Of a stretch of DNA of 64,000 nt, positions 12,248 through 26,234 are shown in pieces. The position numbers were made by a program, and so were the translations under genes. Numbering within the stretch: the first letter of the stretch is position 1; every line of letters starts with the position of its first letter. Under the pieces are notes generated by a model, which searched no databases, was not told the DNA's origin, and was given only the letters and a program-made list of their open reading frames with translations. The stretch is from the NCBI RefSeq assembly GCF_009914755.1, contig NC_060934.1; one strand, given 5' to 3'. Origin of the DNA: the human T2T-CHM13v2.0 reference genome, Homo sapiens.

Positions 12248-15200
12248 AACAGCCTCCTTCAAAGCCACGGGTGATGAGCCACAGAGGGAAAGGGGGGCCG
12301 GGTGAGCCCAGACGAAGAAACCTGAGAGCCATGGATGATGAGCACGCCACAGAGACACAGGGGAAGAGGGGCCGGGAGAGCCCAGATGAAGAAACCTGGG
12401 CAGCCAGTGAGTGGCTGATCATGAGTACTCAGGAAATGCACATTAAATTCAACAGGGAGAAATCCTCTCTGCCCCTCAGACTGCCCATCAGGCTTGGGAG
12501 GTGTCGGGAGACAGGCGTTCATCCTGGTCGCTGCTTTGGGTAGCAGCTTGCAGTGCTGAAACAGTCAAAGATGGCTGTCCCTCAGCCCTGCCACCTCCCA
12601 TTCAAGCGCCTGCTCTGAAAGCTCCTGAGCAGATGGGCCTGAGATGCAGACAGGGGTGCTCGTGGCAGCACCATTTACAATGATGCGAAAACAGAACCCG
12701 CCTAACTCCCCGTCAGCCAGGAGGAGGTGGGAAACCAACACAGCGCATGGTTATTTCATATGCGGGGATACAGCGAAGATGGACGAAGATCTACACGCAC
12801 CAGTGCGGATAGCCCTCGAGGACATGACGTTGAGTGAAAAAAGAAAATTGCAAAAGGATATGTAGAGTATGATGCCAATTATGCTATTTCTCCAAAACAC
12901 AAAAAGCAATGATGACGAATTCATAGTTATGTAGTAAAAATACAGAAGCCATGCATGGGAATAAAAAAACAGGTCTCAGTCATGAGACAGAGGGACCGAG
13001 GATGGGAGCCCCTGGGGGCAGTCCTGGCAGGATTCCAGGAGGAGGTGCCTTTGCATGACGGGAGCTGGGGTGGTGGGTCCAACAGCTGTGTGCAGGGCCT
13101 GGAAGGCGCAGGCCTGTCTGGGAAGGGAGGAGAAAAGGAAGGCAGCCATATTTTTGCTTGGATAATAACTGGTGAATGGCTGTGTCAGGACCTGCAATAT
13201 AATAGAAGGAAGAGTGAAGTTTGGGGCAGGGCAGGTTATTTTTGGACCCGCCGGGTCTGAGAGGCCCCCGAGGAATTGTATGGAGACACCGGGCCAGCAG
13301 GACGGGTGGGTCTGGGAATCAGCGATGGAGCAGCAGAGCCCTGGATTTGGGTGTGATCATGGGAGTGGCCAAGCTCCCCCAGAAAGGACAGGTGACAACT
13401 GCCCGTGGGTGGGAAAGGGAAGCCAGGGACGGGCTGTGGGATCAGACTTGGGCCTCGTGGTGCCTGGTGAGGCAGCCACGTGAGACATAGAGACCCACTG
13501 GAGGTCGTGGTTTTCCCAGACCCTGTGACACAAGTGAGGCCTGCTGTTTAAGCCTCTTTTCCTCAGAACACGTCCTGGGGGTGCTGGCTCCATCCCAGGT
13601 GCTGGGGCTCGGTTTCTGGGATCTGGAAGAATTAGGGTGGAGCTGGCAATGTGGCTGGGAGGCTCAAAGCTCAGCTTCTTGAGGACTAGCAAGGATGGTT
13701 TTCTTATTCATCTATTCCTGTGTTTTCCAAATTCTCTACAATGAGCACATTTCACTTTTACAACTAGAAAAATGGATGCTATTTAAAGAGCAGGCTGCTC
13801 CCTAAGCTGGAACGCCGGGTGTCAGCCCGGCCCAGCACCCACCTGCTCTCCGCCTCAGCCAGCGTGGGGATTTGGAAGGGACAGTGTCTCCCTCTGGGCT
13901 CCGGGAGAGAACGGACCGTCTGCAAGGGGCACGTTTACTGCAGGAATCAAAAGCACATACACGCATGTGCATCTGTTTGGAAATGAAAGTAGATGTTTTT
14001 TCTGATTCTAAAAATATTGTTTCCAATTCTACAAAAAAAATACATACAATTCAGAAAGATACAAAACAAAATATCAAGTCACCTGAGATCCTATCACCTG
14101 GAGCTATGGCCACTTTAGAGCTTGGTATCTACGCTTTCAGGCTTTGTTTTTCTTGAGTGCAACACACACAGGCACGCGTTTTTAAAAACAAATAATGTGA
14201 TCATACTATACACACTTTTTTAAACAGAAATGTGAGCATACGATACCAGCTTTTTTATGGCTGACTTTAAAAAACTTAAACAATAGGTTGTTTACGTCTT
14301 TCTGTTAAGCTTGGACTGGGGACATTTTTAAATGGCCCCATTGTATTTGGACGTATGTGCGTTTCCCATCGCTTGTTAAATCACTCCTCTGTTGGACGTC
14401 TAGGATGTTTCCAATTATTCCCTGTTATATTATGGACAACACTGCCGTAAGCATCCCTGAGTGAGTTATATTTAAAGGCTTACAACAGCGCCTGGCACGG
14501 GGTAGGTGCTATAAAGTATTTGGACTAAAGTCAAATCTGTGCACACACCATCCTTGTGTTGTTTCCCCAGGATCAATTCCAGCAGGAGGACAGCTGGGCT
14601 GAGGGGGCACTGCCCTCGTCAGGAAGGTTGTCCCCGTGGCCTGCCTCCGACTGAGGAGGAGCCACCCTCGGGGTCGGGCGTGGACCCCGAGCCGCCGGCA
14701 TGGGAACCCTCTTTGCTTCAGGGCAACACGGGAGGGGTCTGGATCTCCGACCCACCGTTCCGGGTCTGAATCCAGCTCCGGGACCTGACAGGGATGTGAT
14801 TGTGGGGCAGCCGCATGGCCTCTTGGCGCTCCAGCCTCCTCCCCTGTGACATAGAGGCAGCGATGGTTGGTAACCAGGGACAGCGGGCGGCTCCGTCACA
14901 CGAGTCAGGACATGTGACCCTTGGAGGGTTGTTGCATCACCCTGGACGTTTGGCCAGACGTGTGGCCATGGTTTTAATCAGGACAATTTTTTGCTTGCTC
15001 TAACTTATGAGGGTGGCCAGATCTAGACAGACAGCAGAAGTAACCCGAAGTCCTGGCCTGCCCTGTGCCATCCTCTGACATGTTATCATCGGCGTTCACT
15101 CTGTGGGCTCCTCTCGGGGTGATGCCTGCCGGTCTCAGCTTTGGGGTGAAGTGACATTTGGCCTTGACTAGAAGAGGCAGGTTGTGGGGGGCAGGCAGGG

Positions 15201-15739
15201 TGCAGGCGAGGGAACTGAGGCAGAGCGGGCTGGGAGCAGGGGGGATGTAGGGTCCTCCCAGGCTGACCCCCAGAACCTGGGCGTGCAGGCCTGCTCTGGG
15301 GTCCAGGCTCCGATGCAGTCTCAGCGCAGGCCCTGGTGGCCGGAGACAGGGCAGGGCAGGAGCTTCAGGCCACCCGCACCGGCAGCCCTCAAGGCTGCCT
15401 TGATGGAATCGGACCCAGATGGACTCTAAGCGGCCTCCTGCTTGGAAACCCTGTCAGACCCTGCGTTTTCTACAGAGCGGCTGTCACACGGCTTTTCCGG
15501 ACGGTGATTATGGACTGCGTGTGGGATTGGCGGGCCAGGTGAGCTCTCGTGCTTGCCCTTCACACAGGAATGCTGCTGGTCTCCTGTGTCTGGTTCCCGT
15601 CTGCATTTTCAGTCCTCAGTGTTGAGTGTGTGCAAATCCCTTCTATCACCTGACATTTAAAATAGATACCCTCAGAGTGGAAGTTCGTTCCTATTATTGA
15701 CCCGCTCACTCTGCAATCTTGAAGGGGGTTCTCCAAGCA

Positions 15740-16225
15740 GGAGGGAAAGCCGGCCAGAACGCGGTCCTGGAGCAGCCAGGAAGCCGAGGGGGCGGTGAGG
15801 GCAGGGATGGCCCAGCCGTGGCCTCTGCCGCTCGCTGGTTTTCACGTGAGACTGCCGCCGGGCCAACCCGGAGCCCAGGCCGCCTCTGCATCTGAATAGA
15901 GCCAAGCTGCCTTCAGGATCTCACCTGCGTGGCTGTGCCTTCGGCCGCCCGGCCGTGCAGAGCTGCGGGCCCCTTCCCCACCGAGAAGCGTCTGTTCGCG
16001 CCCTGCAGGGAGCTGGGCTGGGGGCTCAGAGGATGCCTCTGTGCTTGGCCTTAAGGTGCACAGGGAGAGCTTGGGCGATCCTGGCTCAAGGGCTCTGCTT
16101 GGAAACAGCTCGGGGAAATGGTTCCTCCCCCTGGATGTAGTCACAGCGTGGTAAATTCCATCTGAAAAATAAAAGCCGAGCTCTTTGCTGAGTCATAGAA
16201 GCTCGGAGCTGATTTGCGCAAAAGC
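15740..16225 (+). promoter_or_regulatory. Candidate promoter: CpG-enriched, with GC box, E-box, TATA-like element, AP-1 and C/EBP motifs
   Basis: gggggcgg about 15788; CACGTG about 15843; AATAAAA about 16168; TGAGTCA 16189-16195; TTGCGCAA 16214-16221; non-repetitive sequence with many CpGs. Confidence 0.5.
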
Positions 16226-16310
16226 CGGACTGAGTCTTGGACGAGCCGGGAAAGATTCTCACAGTCGAGCAGAGCGATGGGAGAGAGGAGCAGACAGCGA
16301 GCTTTGGAAT
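16195..16310 (+). other. JAKMIP3: Candidate non-coding first exon
   Basis: Strong donor AAT|gtgagt at 16310/16311. It lies just downstream of a TATA-like aaaataaaag (about 16166-16175) and a CpG-enriched segment. The 5' boundary is inferred. Confidence 0.55.
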
Positions 16311-17832
16311 GTGAGTGTTTATTTTCTGACTGCTGCAGAGGCTTTGTTGGTTTCGGTTTGGCTGTCTCTGCACAGGCTCTTTCCACCTGGTGCTCTTCTG
16401 TATTTAGTGCGCACACGTATGTGGCTGGAAAGTTGACAGTTTGGGGTCTGTCCTCTGAGGGGTGCAGGGACGATCACAGAGGAAGATGCTTCATTTATCC
16501 GTTTTCACGTTCATGCTCATGCACACATTTGGAGGAGGCTTGGGCCTGCGTTCCCAGTAGTAGGTTTCTCCTTTAAAGCATGGGTGTGTGTTCCATCCCA
16601 TATGTAAAGCGGATGCTTGTTGGCACGGCAGCCGTGGTGGGGTGGGTTGGGGAAGCCAGGCTGAGTCTGTGTATTGCCGGCTGTGGTGAGAATCCCACGG
16701 ACATAGCACCAGAGAGCTGTCTGCACAGCCCGGGAGGCCTGCGGCGTCCGGGTGCTTCCTGGCTCCGTGGGGTAACCGGCTGGACTTTTTTGCTGCTTGT
16801 TTTCCTTTTGAAGAATAGGTCATCTTTATGGCTTGAGGCCTCACCACCTACCTGCGCATTGATTGGATGGTGTCTTCTCTTTAAAACTTAATCAAGAATC
16901 ACACATCACTCATTGATATAACTTCTTATGCAAGGAACTCCAGGTTTTTGGGAAACAACAGCTTATTAACTTACTAATTCACTCTTTGAGGTTATTGCAC
17001 CATGCCTCAGTTTCTACAGTTGTTCAAAGAAAATCCACTGCTGATTGGGACTGGCAGGGCTGCGGTGGAAAGGGTGTCACAGGTAACTTGGCAGTACGTT
17101 GTTGTACTGATGCTTATTGAGATGTCAGTGAGACTGGCCGGGAAACCATGCAGGCACCCTAGGGATGTAAATACTTGCTGCTGCCGTTGATTTTGTTGTT
17201 CACAGTGTGGGAGAACCAGTCACAAAACGGTTTTCTCATTCCAAGCCAAGCCTGGAGTAGTAGACTTGAGAGTCCTCTCAGTGGATCGGGCCTTTGAGCA
17301 GGTCCGTGGTAAAACGCCACCTCAGTTCCCGAGAAGAGCAGCAGAAGAGGAAAGTGAGCCGGGCCGAGGAAGGACCCTCAGTTTACATTCACAGCATTAC
17401 CGGCAAAAGGCTGGCGTTTGGATGAGGTTCCCTAAGAGTCCCACAGAGTAGATCAATATGATCAATATGTGCTTGGAGAAGACAAGACGCCTGGCACATT
17501 CACATTCCTTCTCCAAGGCTGAGGGTGGGGGGAGGGCATTGGCATTCCTGCTATTCCCGAGGTTTCCCTGCCTCTCCTGTGAGTTGAGGGCACCCCTGTG
17601 AAACCTAAGGGCACGCTGTGGCAGAGAACATGCACGGAGCTCCTGCTTCTCTCCCGACAGCCCTGGGAAGGCCTTACTACTTTAGGTCCTAACTAACAAT
17701 ATCCAAACGACCAGGTGGTGGTCCCACAGCAAGGGAGCTGTCAGTCAGAGCTGTGCCTCTGCCCCCGTATTTTGGATCGAGCTCCTCCAAGAGAAGTAAG
17801 TGTCCTATACATGTTCTTGGAAGGTTGATCTT

Positions 17833-18500
17833 GACTGTGGACTTCCGTGTGGACTGTGGGCTTCCGTGTGTACTGTGGGCTTCCGTGTGGACTCTGGGCT
17901 TCCGTGTGGACTGGACTGTGGGCTTCCATGTGGACTGTGGGCTTCCGTGTGGACTGTGGGCTTCCGTGTGGACTCTGGGCTTCCATGTGGACTGGACTGT
18001 GGGCTTCCGTGTGGACTCTGGGCTTCCGTGTGGACTGTGGGCTTCCGTGTGGACTGTGGGCTTCCGTGTGGACTGGACTGTGGGCTTCTGTGTGGACTGT
18101 GGGCTTACGTGTGGACTGTGGGCTTCCGTGTGGACTGGACTGTGGGCTTCTGTGTGGACTCTGGGCTTCTGTGTGGACTGTGGGCTTCCGTGTGGACTCT
18201 GGGTTTCTGTGTGGTCTGGACTGTGAGCTTCCGTGTGGACTGTGGGCTTCTGTGTGGACTGGACTATGGGCTTCCGTGTGGACTGTGGGCTTCCGTGTGG
18301 ACTGTGGGCTTCCGTGTGGACTGTGGGTTTCTGTGTGGACTGTGGGTTTCTGTGTGGTCTGGACTGTGGGCTTCCGTGTGGACTGGACTGTGGGTTTCTG
18401 TGTGGACTGTGGGTTTCTGCGTGGTCTGGACTGTGGGCTTCCATGTGGACTGTGGGCTTCCGTGTGCACTGTGGCTTCCGTGTGGACTGTGGGCTTCTGT
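17833..18500. repeat. Minisatellite, 19-bp unit with 24-bp variants, about 30 copies
   Basis: Unit ggactgtgggcttccgtgt; some units carry an extra ggact/ggtct. Confidence 0.97.
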
Positions 18501-18718
18501 AAACTGAATTCCATTCAGGACCAATGCCATATCTTTTTATTTTTCCTTGACTCCTGAGTTTCCAGACAGGCAAGCTAGGATGTGGCTGGATGGTGGTGTT
18601 AATTTTCCATTTGGACCCTGAAACGGCCCTCTTTAGTACGGGGATTGAATAAGTTCAGGACACTAGCCACTGAGATGACTCTTTTTGAAAGAGCCTATGT
18701 TGGCCTCCTAGGCTTCTT

Positions 18719-18779
18719 CCATGAATCTCTTGGGCAAGTGTTTCTTATCCATGAACCTCTTGGGCAGGTGTTTCTTATC
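18719..18779. repeat. Tandem duplication of about 30 bp
   Basis: ccatgaayctcttgggcargtgtttcttat occurs twice. Confidence 0.85.
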
Positions 18780-20399
18780 TCAATATAGCCCTGTTGGTCT
18801 GGCACCCCAAGCTGGGCTTTGAGCGATGTGAGGTAGACGTGCTTTGGGAGCCGGAGACTGGAGGTGTCTCCTGTCCTGCACCTTAGCCCCAGGAGCTGCC
18901 TGGGCCTGCTTTCTTTGCAGACGTCTTATATTTATCAAACCTGTGCTGCAGGCAAGGGCCATGCTTACTTTCCTTTGGGGTCCCTCTGGAAGGCTCTCAG
19001 GAGCTGAGTTCTTGATTGCCTTGGGTTTTTGACCCCAGGACATGACATCAGGAATGTCCTGTGGTTGCCAGTTTCCAAGCAAGCACAGCTGGCAGGGGCA
19101 TCATGGGAAACCCTCTCCTTGGCACAGAGAATTGGTCTCCAGAAAAACCGGGCCTCAAAGTGAAGCCGGAATTCAAACCTAGGGAAAGTGACTCCGGCCA
19201 GCTCAGGATGAAGGATGTGACTGGATCAGGAGGATTTGCAGACCTTACTGGCCTTAGTGCTCGGCCTGCGGCTGAGTTCGAGGGGAGCGCCTTTAGCTGG
19301 ACTGGTCCAATGTGTTTAATTGGGTAAGGAGGAATCCTACCCAGGCGCCATTCTTCCTGGGCACGGAGCTTATTAAAACTTTCCCCAGCTGCTGCTCTTC
19401 CCAGACATCCACCTGCCTGGTGGGTGGTTGACCCAGGACTACTTTGACTTTGAAGGACCCCAGGTCTTCCTGCCTGAGGAGGACTCTGAGCACCCAGCCA
19501 GGGGTGGGAGGCCAGGGGAGGGGTCTGGAGGCCTCGGTTTTTCTTCTGAAGGGACACTGGGTCTGTGTTACACCCCCAAGGACACGTTTTCCCAGGTCCC
19601 CACTGACCTGTTTCGTGTTAAGCTGAGATCCAGTACTATCCTGATGGTGGTGGGGTGGGTCTGAGCAGGAAGGGGCCTGGAATCCATCCCATCTTCACCA
19701 GGGACCCCCCAGACAACCTTCTCAGGGGGCTCCTGGGTGTTTTGGTGATGAGCTCCGATGGGGAGGAGTTAGGACTTGGGCTGAAGCTCTGCTGTTTGAA
19801 GCTGTCTCACATGTAGGTCTGGCATCCCCCCCTGCGTGCAGGTCTCTGTGGTCAACCTCCTGTTGTGTCCAGCGGCCATGTCCATTTCAGAGTTTCATTA
19901 AAGAGCGCAATTGGCAGGTGCATAGCACCTGATAGCCTGCAGCATGGCTCTGGTCTCAGAGTGGGAAGAAGAGGAAACCATGGACAGAAGGACCTTCCAG
20001 TGACATTTAGCAAAAAGAAGCAAAGTGTGAAAGTGAGGTGGTGATGTTGGGTTGGGAAGGTGGGGGCTTCCTGAGCCCGCCCTTGCTGCTTATCCATTCC
20101 ACCAATGTTCACTGGTACCAGCACCCTGTGTGTGGGCACTGATGGCATAGGGCACAATGGGAGCACAGACGGGGCTCGGTCCCCAGTAGAGTGTGACCCA
20201 CATGGGGAGTTCTGCAGCCTACCCTGTACCTTAGAGAGTGACACGGGGCTGGCAGGTGGCCGGTGGCATCAGGAGCGGTGAGAGGTGCGGCTGCTGATGT
20301 ACCACCCTGTGGGGGCTTCGGGCACCAACTCCCAGTGAGTGTCTCCACCTGATCTACCTCTGTCTAAACAGCACTGTCTTCCATTTTTTTTTTTAGTTG

Positions 20400-20787
<388 letters not shown>

Positions 20788-21159
20788 TGAAGCAGTGGAG
20801 CTCCTAGAAGGCCTTTTGACCCTCTTCCTTTTATGTAGATGCGTTTGTCTACTCATTCCTGAAGTCCAAAGGGGAGGGGAGTCCAGCTTCCGAAACAGAC
20901 CTTGGTACCTTCCTTTTCAGTTTTCACAGATGCTTGTGTACTTTAAGAAGAGCTTAGTCTTTATGACTTTTAAAAGAGCCCCCAAAGGCCCTATGATCTG
21001 GGCATGGTGGCACATGTCATAGTTTTGGGGCAGCTGCAGTGCTGGCTGGAGCAAACTCAGGAAGAGAGGAGATGGTTTCTTCTCCAGCTGACAGCCACGC
21101 TCAGACACAAGCGCTGGGCTTGCAGCTCCCATCCATGCAGAAGGATCTCTATTATTTCT

Positions 21160-21407
21160 ATTTCGCTTACTTTGCATTTACTTTTCTTTTTTCTATGTTC
21201 TTAAGATGAAAGCATAAACTAGGATTAGATTATGATTGGAGACCTTTCCTGTGTTCCAGTATAAGCCTTTATTGCCATAACTTTTTCTCTTTATACCACT
21301 TTAGCTGTGTCCTGCAACTTCTGGTATGTTGTTCTTGTATTTTCATTCAGTTCAAAATATTTTTATAACTTCGTTATGATTTCTTCTTTCACCTATGGGT
21401 CATTTAA

Positions 21408-21444
<37 letters not shown>

Positions 21445-22015
21445 AATCCAGATGTTTCCTTTTTTCTTGATATCTTTCTATTACGTATTTCTCGTTCAAT
21501 TTCTTTTTGGCCAGAGAACGTACTTTGGATAATTTCAGTTATTTTAACTTTGTTGAGATTTGTTTTATTACCCAGCAAATAGTCTATTTTGATGAATGTT
21601 TTATGTGTGCATCAAAATACTACATATTCTGCTATGGTTGGGTGGTATATCCCACAAATGCCAGTCAGATCCACTTGGTTAATGGTGGTGTTGAAATCTT
21701 CTGTGTCCTTACAAATTTTCTCTTGCTGCTTTTTCAGTCCTAGGAAGTGAATATCCTTACCAATTTTCTCTGCACTGCTTTCATCTCTTAGAGGGATGAG
21801 TGTTAATGTCTCCAATATGATTGTGAATATCCCTGTTTCTACTTCTGTTTCTATTATTTTTGTTGTATGTATTTGGGGTACATATAGATTTAGGATTGGC
21901 ATGTCTTCTCAATGTATTGACTCCTGTATCATTATGTATAGCTCTTGTTGTCCCTGTATAACGTTTTGCAACTGTTTATTTTTAACCTGTCTATGCCTTT
22001 ATATTTAGAGTGGGT
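21160..22015 (-). mobile_element. Ancient L1M endonuclease-region relic containing a (TG)n microsatellite at about 21410-21441
   Basis: Minus-strand peptides KTNLNKVKITEIIQSTFS, ILNLYVP and INQVDLTGIC resemble L1 ORF2 EN. Confidence 0.7.
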
Positions 22016-22217
22016 TTCTTCTTTTTTCTTTCTTTCCTTCCTTCCTTCCTTCTTTCCTTTCCTTTCTTTTCTTTCCTTTCTTCCCTTTCCTTTCTTTCTT
22101 TCCTTTCTTTCCTTTCTTTCTTTCCTTCCTTTCTTTCTTTCCTTTCTTTCTTCCCTTCCTTCCTTCCTTTCCTTCCTTTCTTTCCTTTTTTTCCTTTCTT
22201 TCTTTCCTTTCTTTTTT
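22015..22217. repeat. (TTTC/TTCC)n polypyrimidine tract, an expanded Alu tail
   Basis: About 200 nt of pure C/T directly abutting an antisense Alu. Confidence 0.92.
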
Positions 22218-22454
<237 letters not shown>

Positions 22455-22456
22455 TA

Positions 22457-22827
<371 letters not shown>

Positions 22828-23424
22828 TCAACTATGTTGTTTAGCCCATTTACATTTAATATTTAGTGATGCGATTGGATTTAGATCTAGCTTTCTGCTA
22901 TTTATTTTCTGTTAATATTATCTCTTCTTGCCTTCTTTGTATTAAGTATTTTTTATGATCCTATTTTATCTCCATTCTTGGCCTCTATTCATTATACCTC
23001 TCTTTTTAAAATTTTTATTTTTATTTCTTTAGGGTACACGTGTAGATTTCTTACATATGTATATTGTACAGTGGCGACGGCTGGGCTATCAGTGTCCCCA
23101 TTACCTGAATAGTGAACACTGTATCCAATAGCTAATTTTTCAACCCTCACCCCTCCCACCCTTCCACCTTTTATAGTCTCCAGTATCTGTTCCACTCTGT
23201 CTGTCCGTGTGTTCCCATCATTTAGCTCCCACTTGTGAGAACGTGTATTTATTTGACTTTCTGTTTCTGAGTTATTTCATTCAGGATAATAGCCTCTAGT
23301 TCTATTCATGTTTCTGCAAAAGACATGATTTCATTCTTTTTTGTGGTTGAGTAGTATTCCATGTTGTGTGTGTGTATGTAGAACACAAATTTTTATCCAA
23401 TCCTCCACTGATGGACACTTTGAT

Positions 23425-23733
23425 CTTCTTTTCTTTTCTTTTCCTTTTTTCTGAGATGGTGTCTTGCTCTTTCGCCCAGGCCAGACTGCAGTGGCGCTAT
23501 CTCGGCTCACTACAAGCTCTGCCTCCCAGGTTCATGCCATTCTCCTGCCTCAGCCTCCTGAGTAGCTGGGACTACAGGCGCCTGCCACCGGGCCTGGCTA
23601 ATTTTTTGTATTTTCAGTAGAGACGGGGTTTCACCATGTTAGCCAGGATGGTCTCAATCTCCTGACCTTGTGATCCACCCACCTCAGCCTCCCAAAGTGC
23701 TGGGATTACAGGCGTGAGCCACTGCGCCCGGCC
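23425..23733 (-). mobile_element. AluY-like
   Basis: caagctctgcctcccaggttcatgccattctcc and gttagccaggatggtctc diagnostics. Confidence 0.9.
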
Positions 23734-23742
23734 TATCTTTAC

Positions 23743-24045
23743 TTTTTTTTTTTTTTTTTTTTTGAGACAGGATCTTGCTCTGTTGCCCAGGCAGAAGTGC
23801 AGTGATGCGATCTCAGCTCACTTCAGCCTTGACCTCCCGGGCTCAAGCGATTCTCCTACCTCAGCCTTCTAAGTAGCTTGGACTATAGGTGTACACCACC
23901 ATAACTGGCTATTTTTTTGTCTTTTCTGTAAAGACTCGGTTTTACCCCATTGCCCAGGCTGGTCTTGAACTCCTGGGCTCAAGCAGTCCACTTGCCTTGG
24001 CCTTCCAAAGTGCTAGGATTACAGGTGTGAGCCACCACACCTGGC
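23743..24045 (-). mobile_element. AluJ-like, flanked by tatctttact
   Basis: Antisense dimer with long T tail. Confidence 0.9.
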
Positions 24046-24295
24046 CTATCTTTACTATTGTGAATAGTGCTGCAAGAAACATATGGGTGCTGATATCTTT
24101 CTTATATAATTATTTCTTTCCTGTTGGGTAGATACCCAATGTTGAGATTGCTGGATCAAATGGCAGTTCTACTTTTAGTTCTTTGAGAAATCTCCATACG
24201 GTTTTCCATAGAGGTTGTACTAATTTACATTCCCACCAGCAGCGTACAAGAGTTCCCTTTTGTCTGCATCCTCACCAACATCTGCTATTTTTTGA

Positions 24296-24616
<321 letters not shown>

Positions 24617-25491
24617 TAATAATAGCTATTCTGACTGGTGTGAGATGGTATCTCATTGTGGTTTTGATTTGCATTTCTCTGGTGATTACTGACATTGAAC
24701 ATTTTTTCATATATTTATTGGCAGTTTGTCTGTCTTTTGAATAATGTGTTTATATCTATCCTTTGCCCACTTTTTAATGGGTTTTTTTCTGGTTGAGTTC
24801 TTGGGGTTCCTTGTAGATTCTGGATATTAGCTCTTTGTCGTATGCATAGTTTGCAGATATTTTCTCCCATCCTTTAGATTGTCTGTCTACTCTGTCAATC
24901 GTTTCTTTTGCTGTGCAGAAACATTTTAGTTTAAGTCCCATTTGTCTATTTTTGTTTTAGTTGAGTTTGTTTTTGCGGACTCAGTCATGAATTCTTTGCC
25001 TAGGCCAATGTCCAGAAGAGTTTTCCTAGGTTTTCTTCTAGGATTTTTATAGTTTTCAGTCTTACTTTTAGGTCTTTAATCCATCTTGAGTTAATTTTTG
25101 CATATGATGAGAGGTATGGGTCCAGTTTCATTCTTCTGAATTATGGCTATCCATTTTTCCCAGCACCATTTATTGAAAAGGGTGTCATTTCCCCAGTGCA
25201 TGTTTTTGTTGACTTTGTTGAAGATCAGCTGGTTGTAGGTAAGTGGCTTTATTTCTAGATTCTCCATTCTGTTCCATTGATCTATGTGTCTATTTTATAC
25301 CAGCACCATGCTGTTTTGGTTACTATAACTTTGTAGTATAATTTGAAATCAGGTAATATGATGCCTCCAGCTTTGTTCTTTTTCCTTAGGATTCTCTTGG
25401 CCATTTGAACTCCATATTAATTTTAAGGTTGTTTTTTCTAATTCTGTGAAAAATGATGTTGGTAATTTGATAGAGGGCATTGAATCTGTAG

Positions 25492-26013
<522 letters not shown>

Positions 26014-26234
26014 TAATCTCTTATCCTTCCAAATGAATAAAAATAAAAAAGTCTTTTTATATACCCCCATTTTTTGCTGTTTTGAGAATGCTTCGTTTCT
26101 TTGTGTAAATTCAGTTTCCATTTGACAACACCTCCTCCCCTGAGGAACTTCCTTAGCAGTTTTTGTAGTGTAGGTCTGTGGGCCACAACTCCTTTCAACT
26201 TGTATCTGTCTGGAAATGTTTACTTCTCGTTTTT

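Larger units (their letters stand above)
10630..12900 (+). mobile_element. Ancient L1M ORF2/3' fragments, interrupted by an Alu and tandem repeats
   Basis: gatgcagagaaagcgcttgatga, gaagtcctaaataaatggaga, aattccaatcaaaatt, gttgagtgaaaaaagaaaattgcaaaaggatatg. Confidence 0.65.

Noticed and set aside
17689-18573. Long ORFs of 235-294 aa on both strands
   Set aside because: They arise from the stop-free 19-bp VNTR; the peptides are periodic, with no splice or Kozak support.
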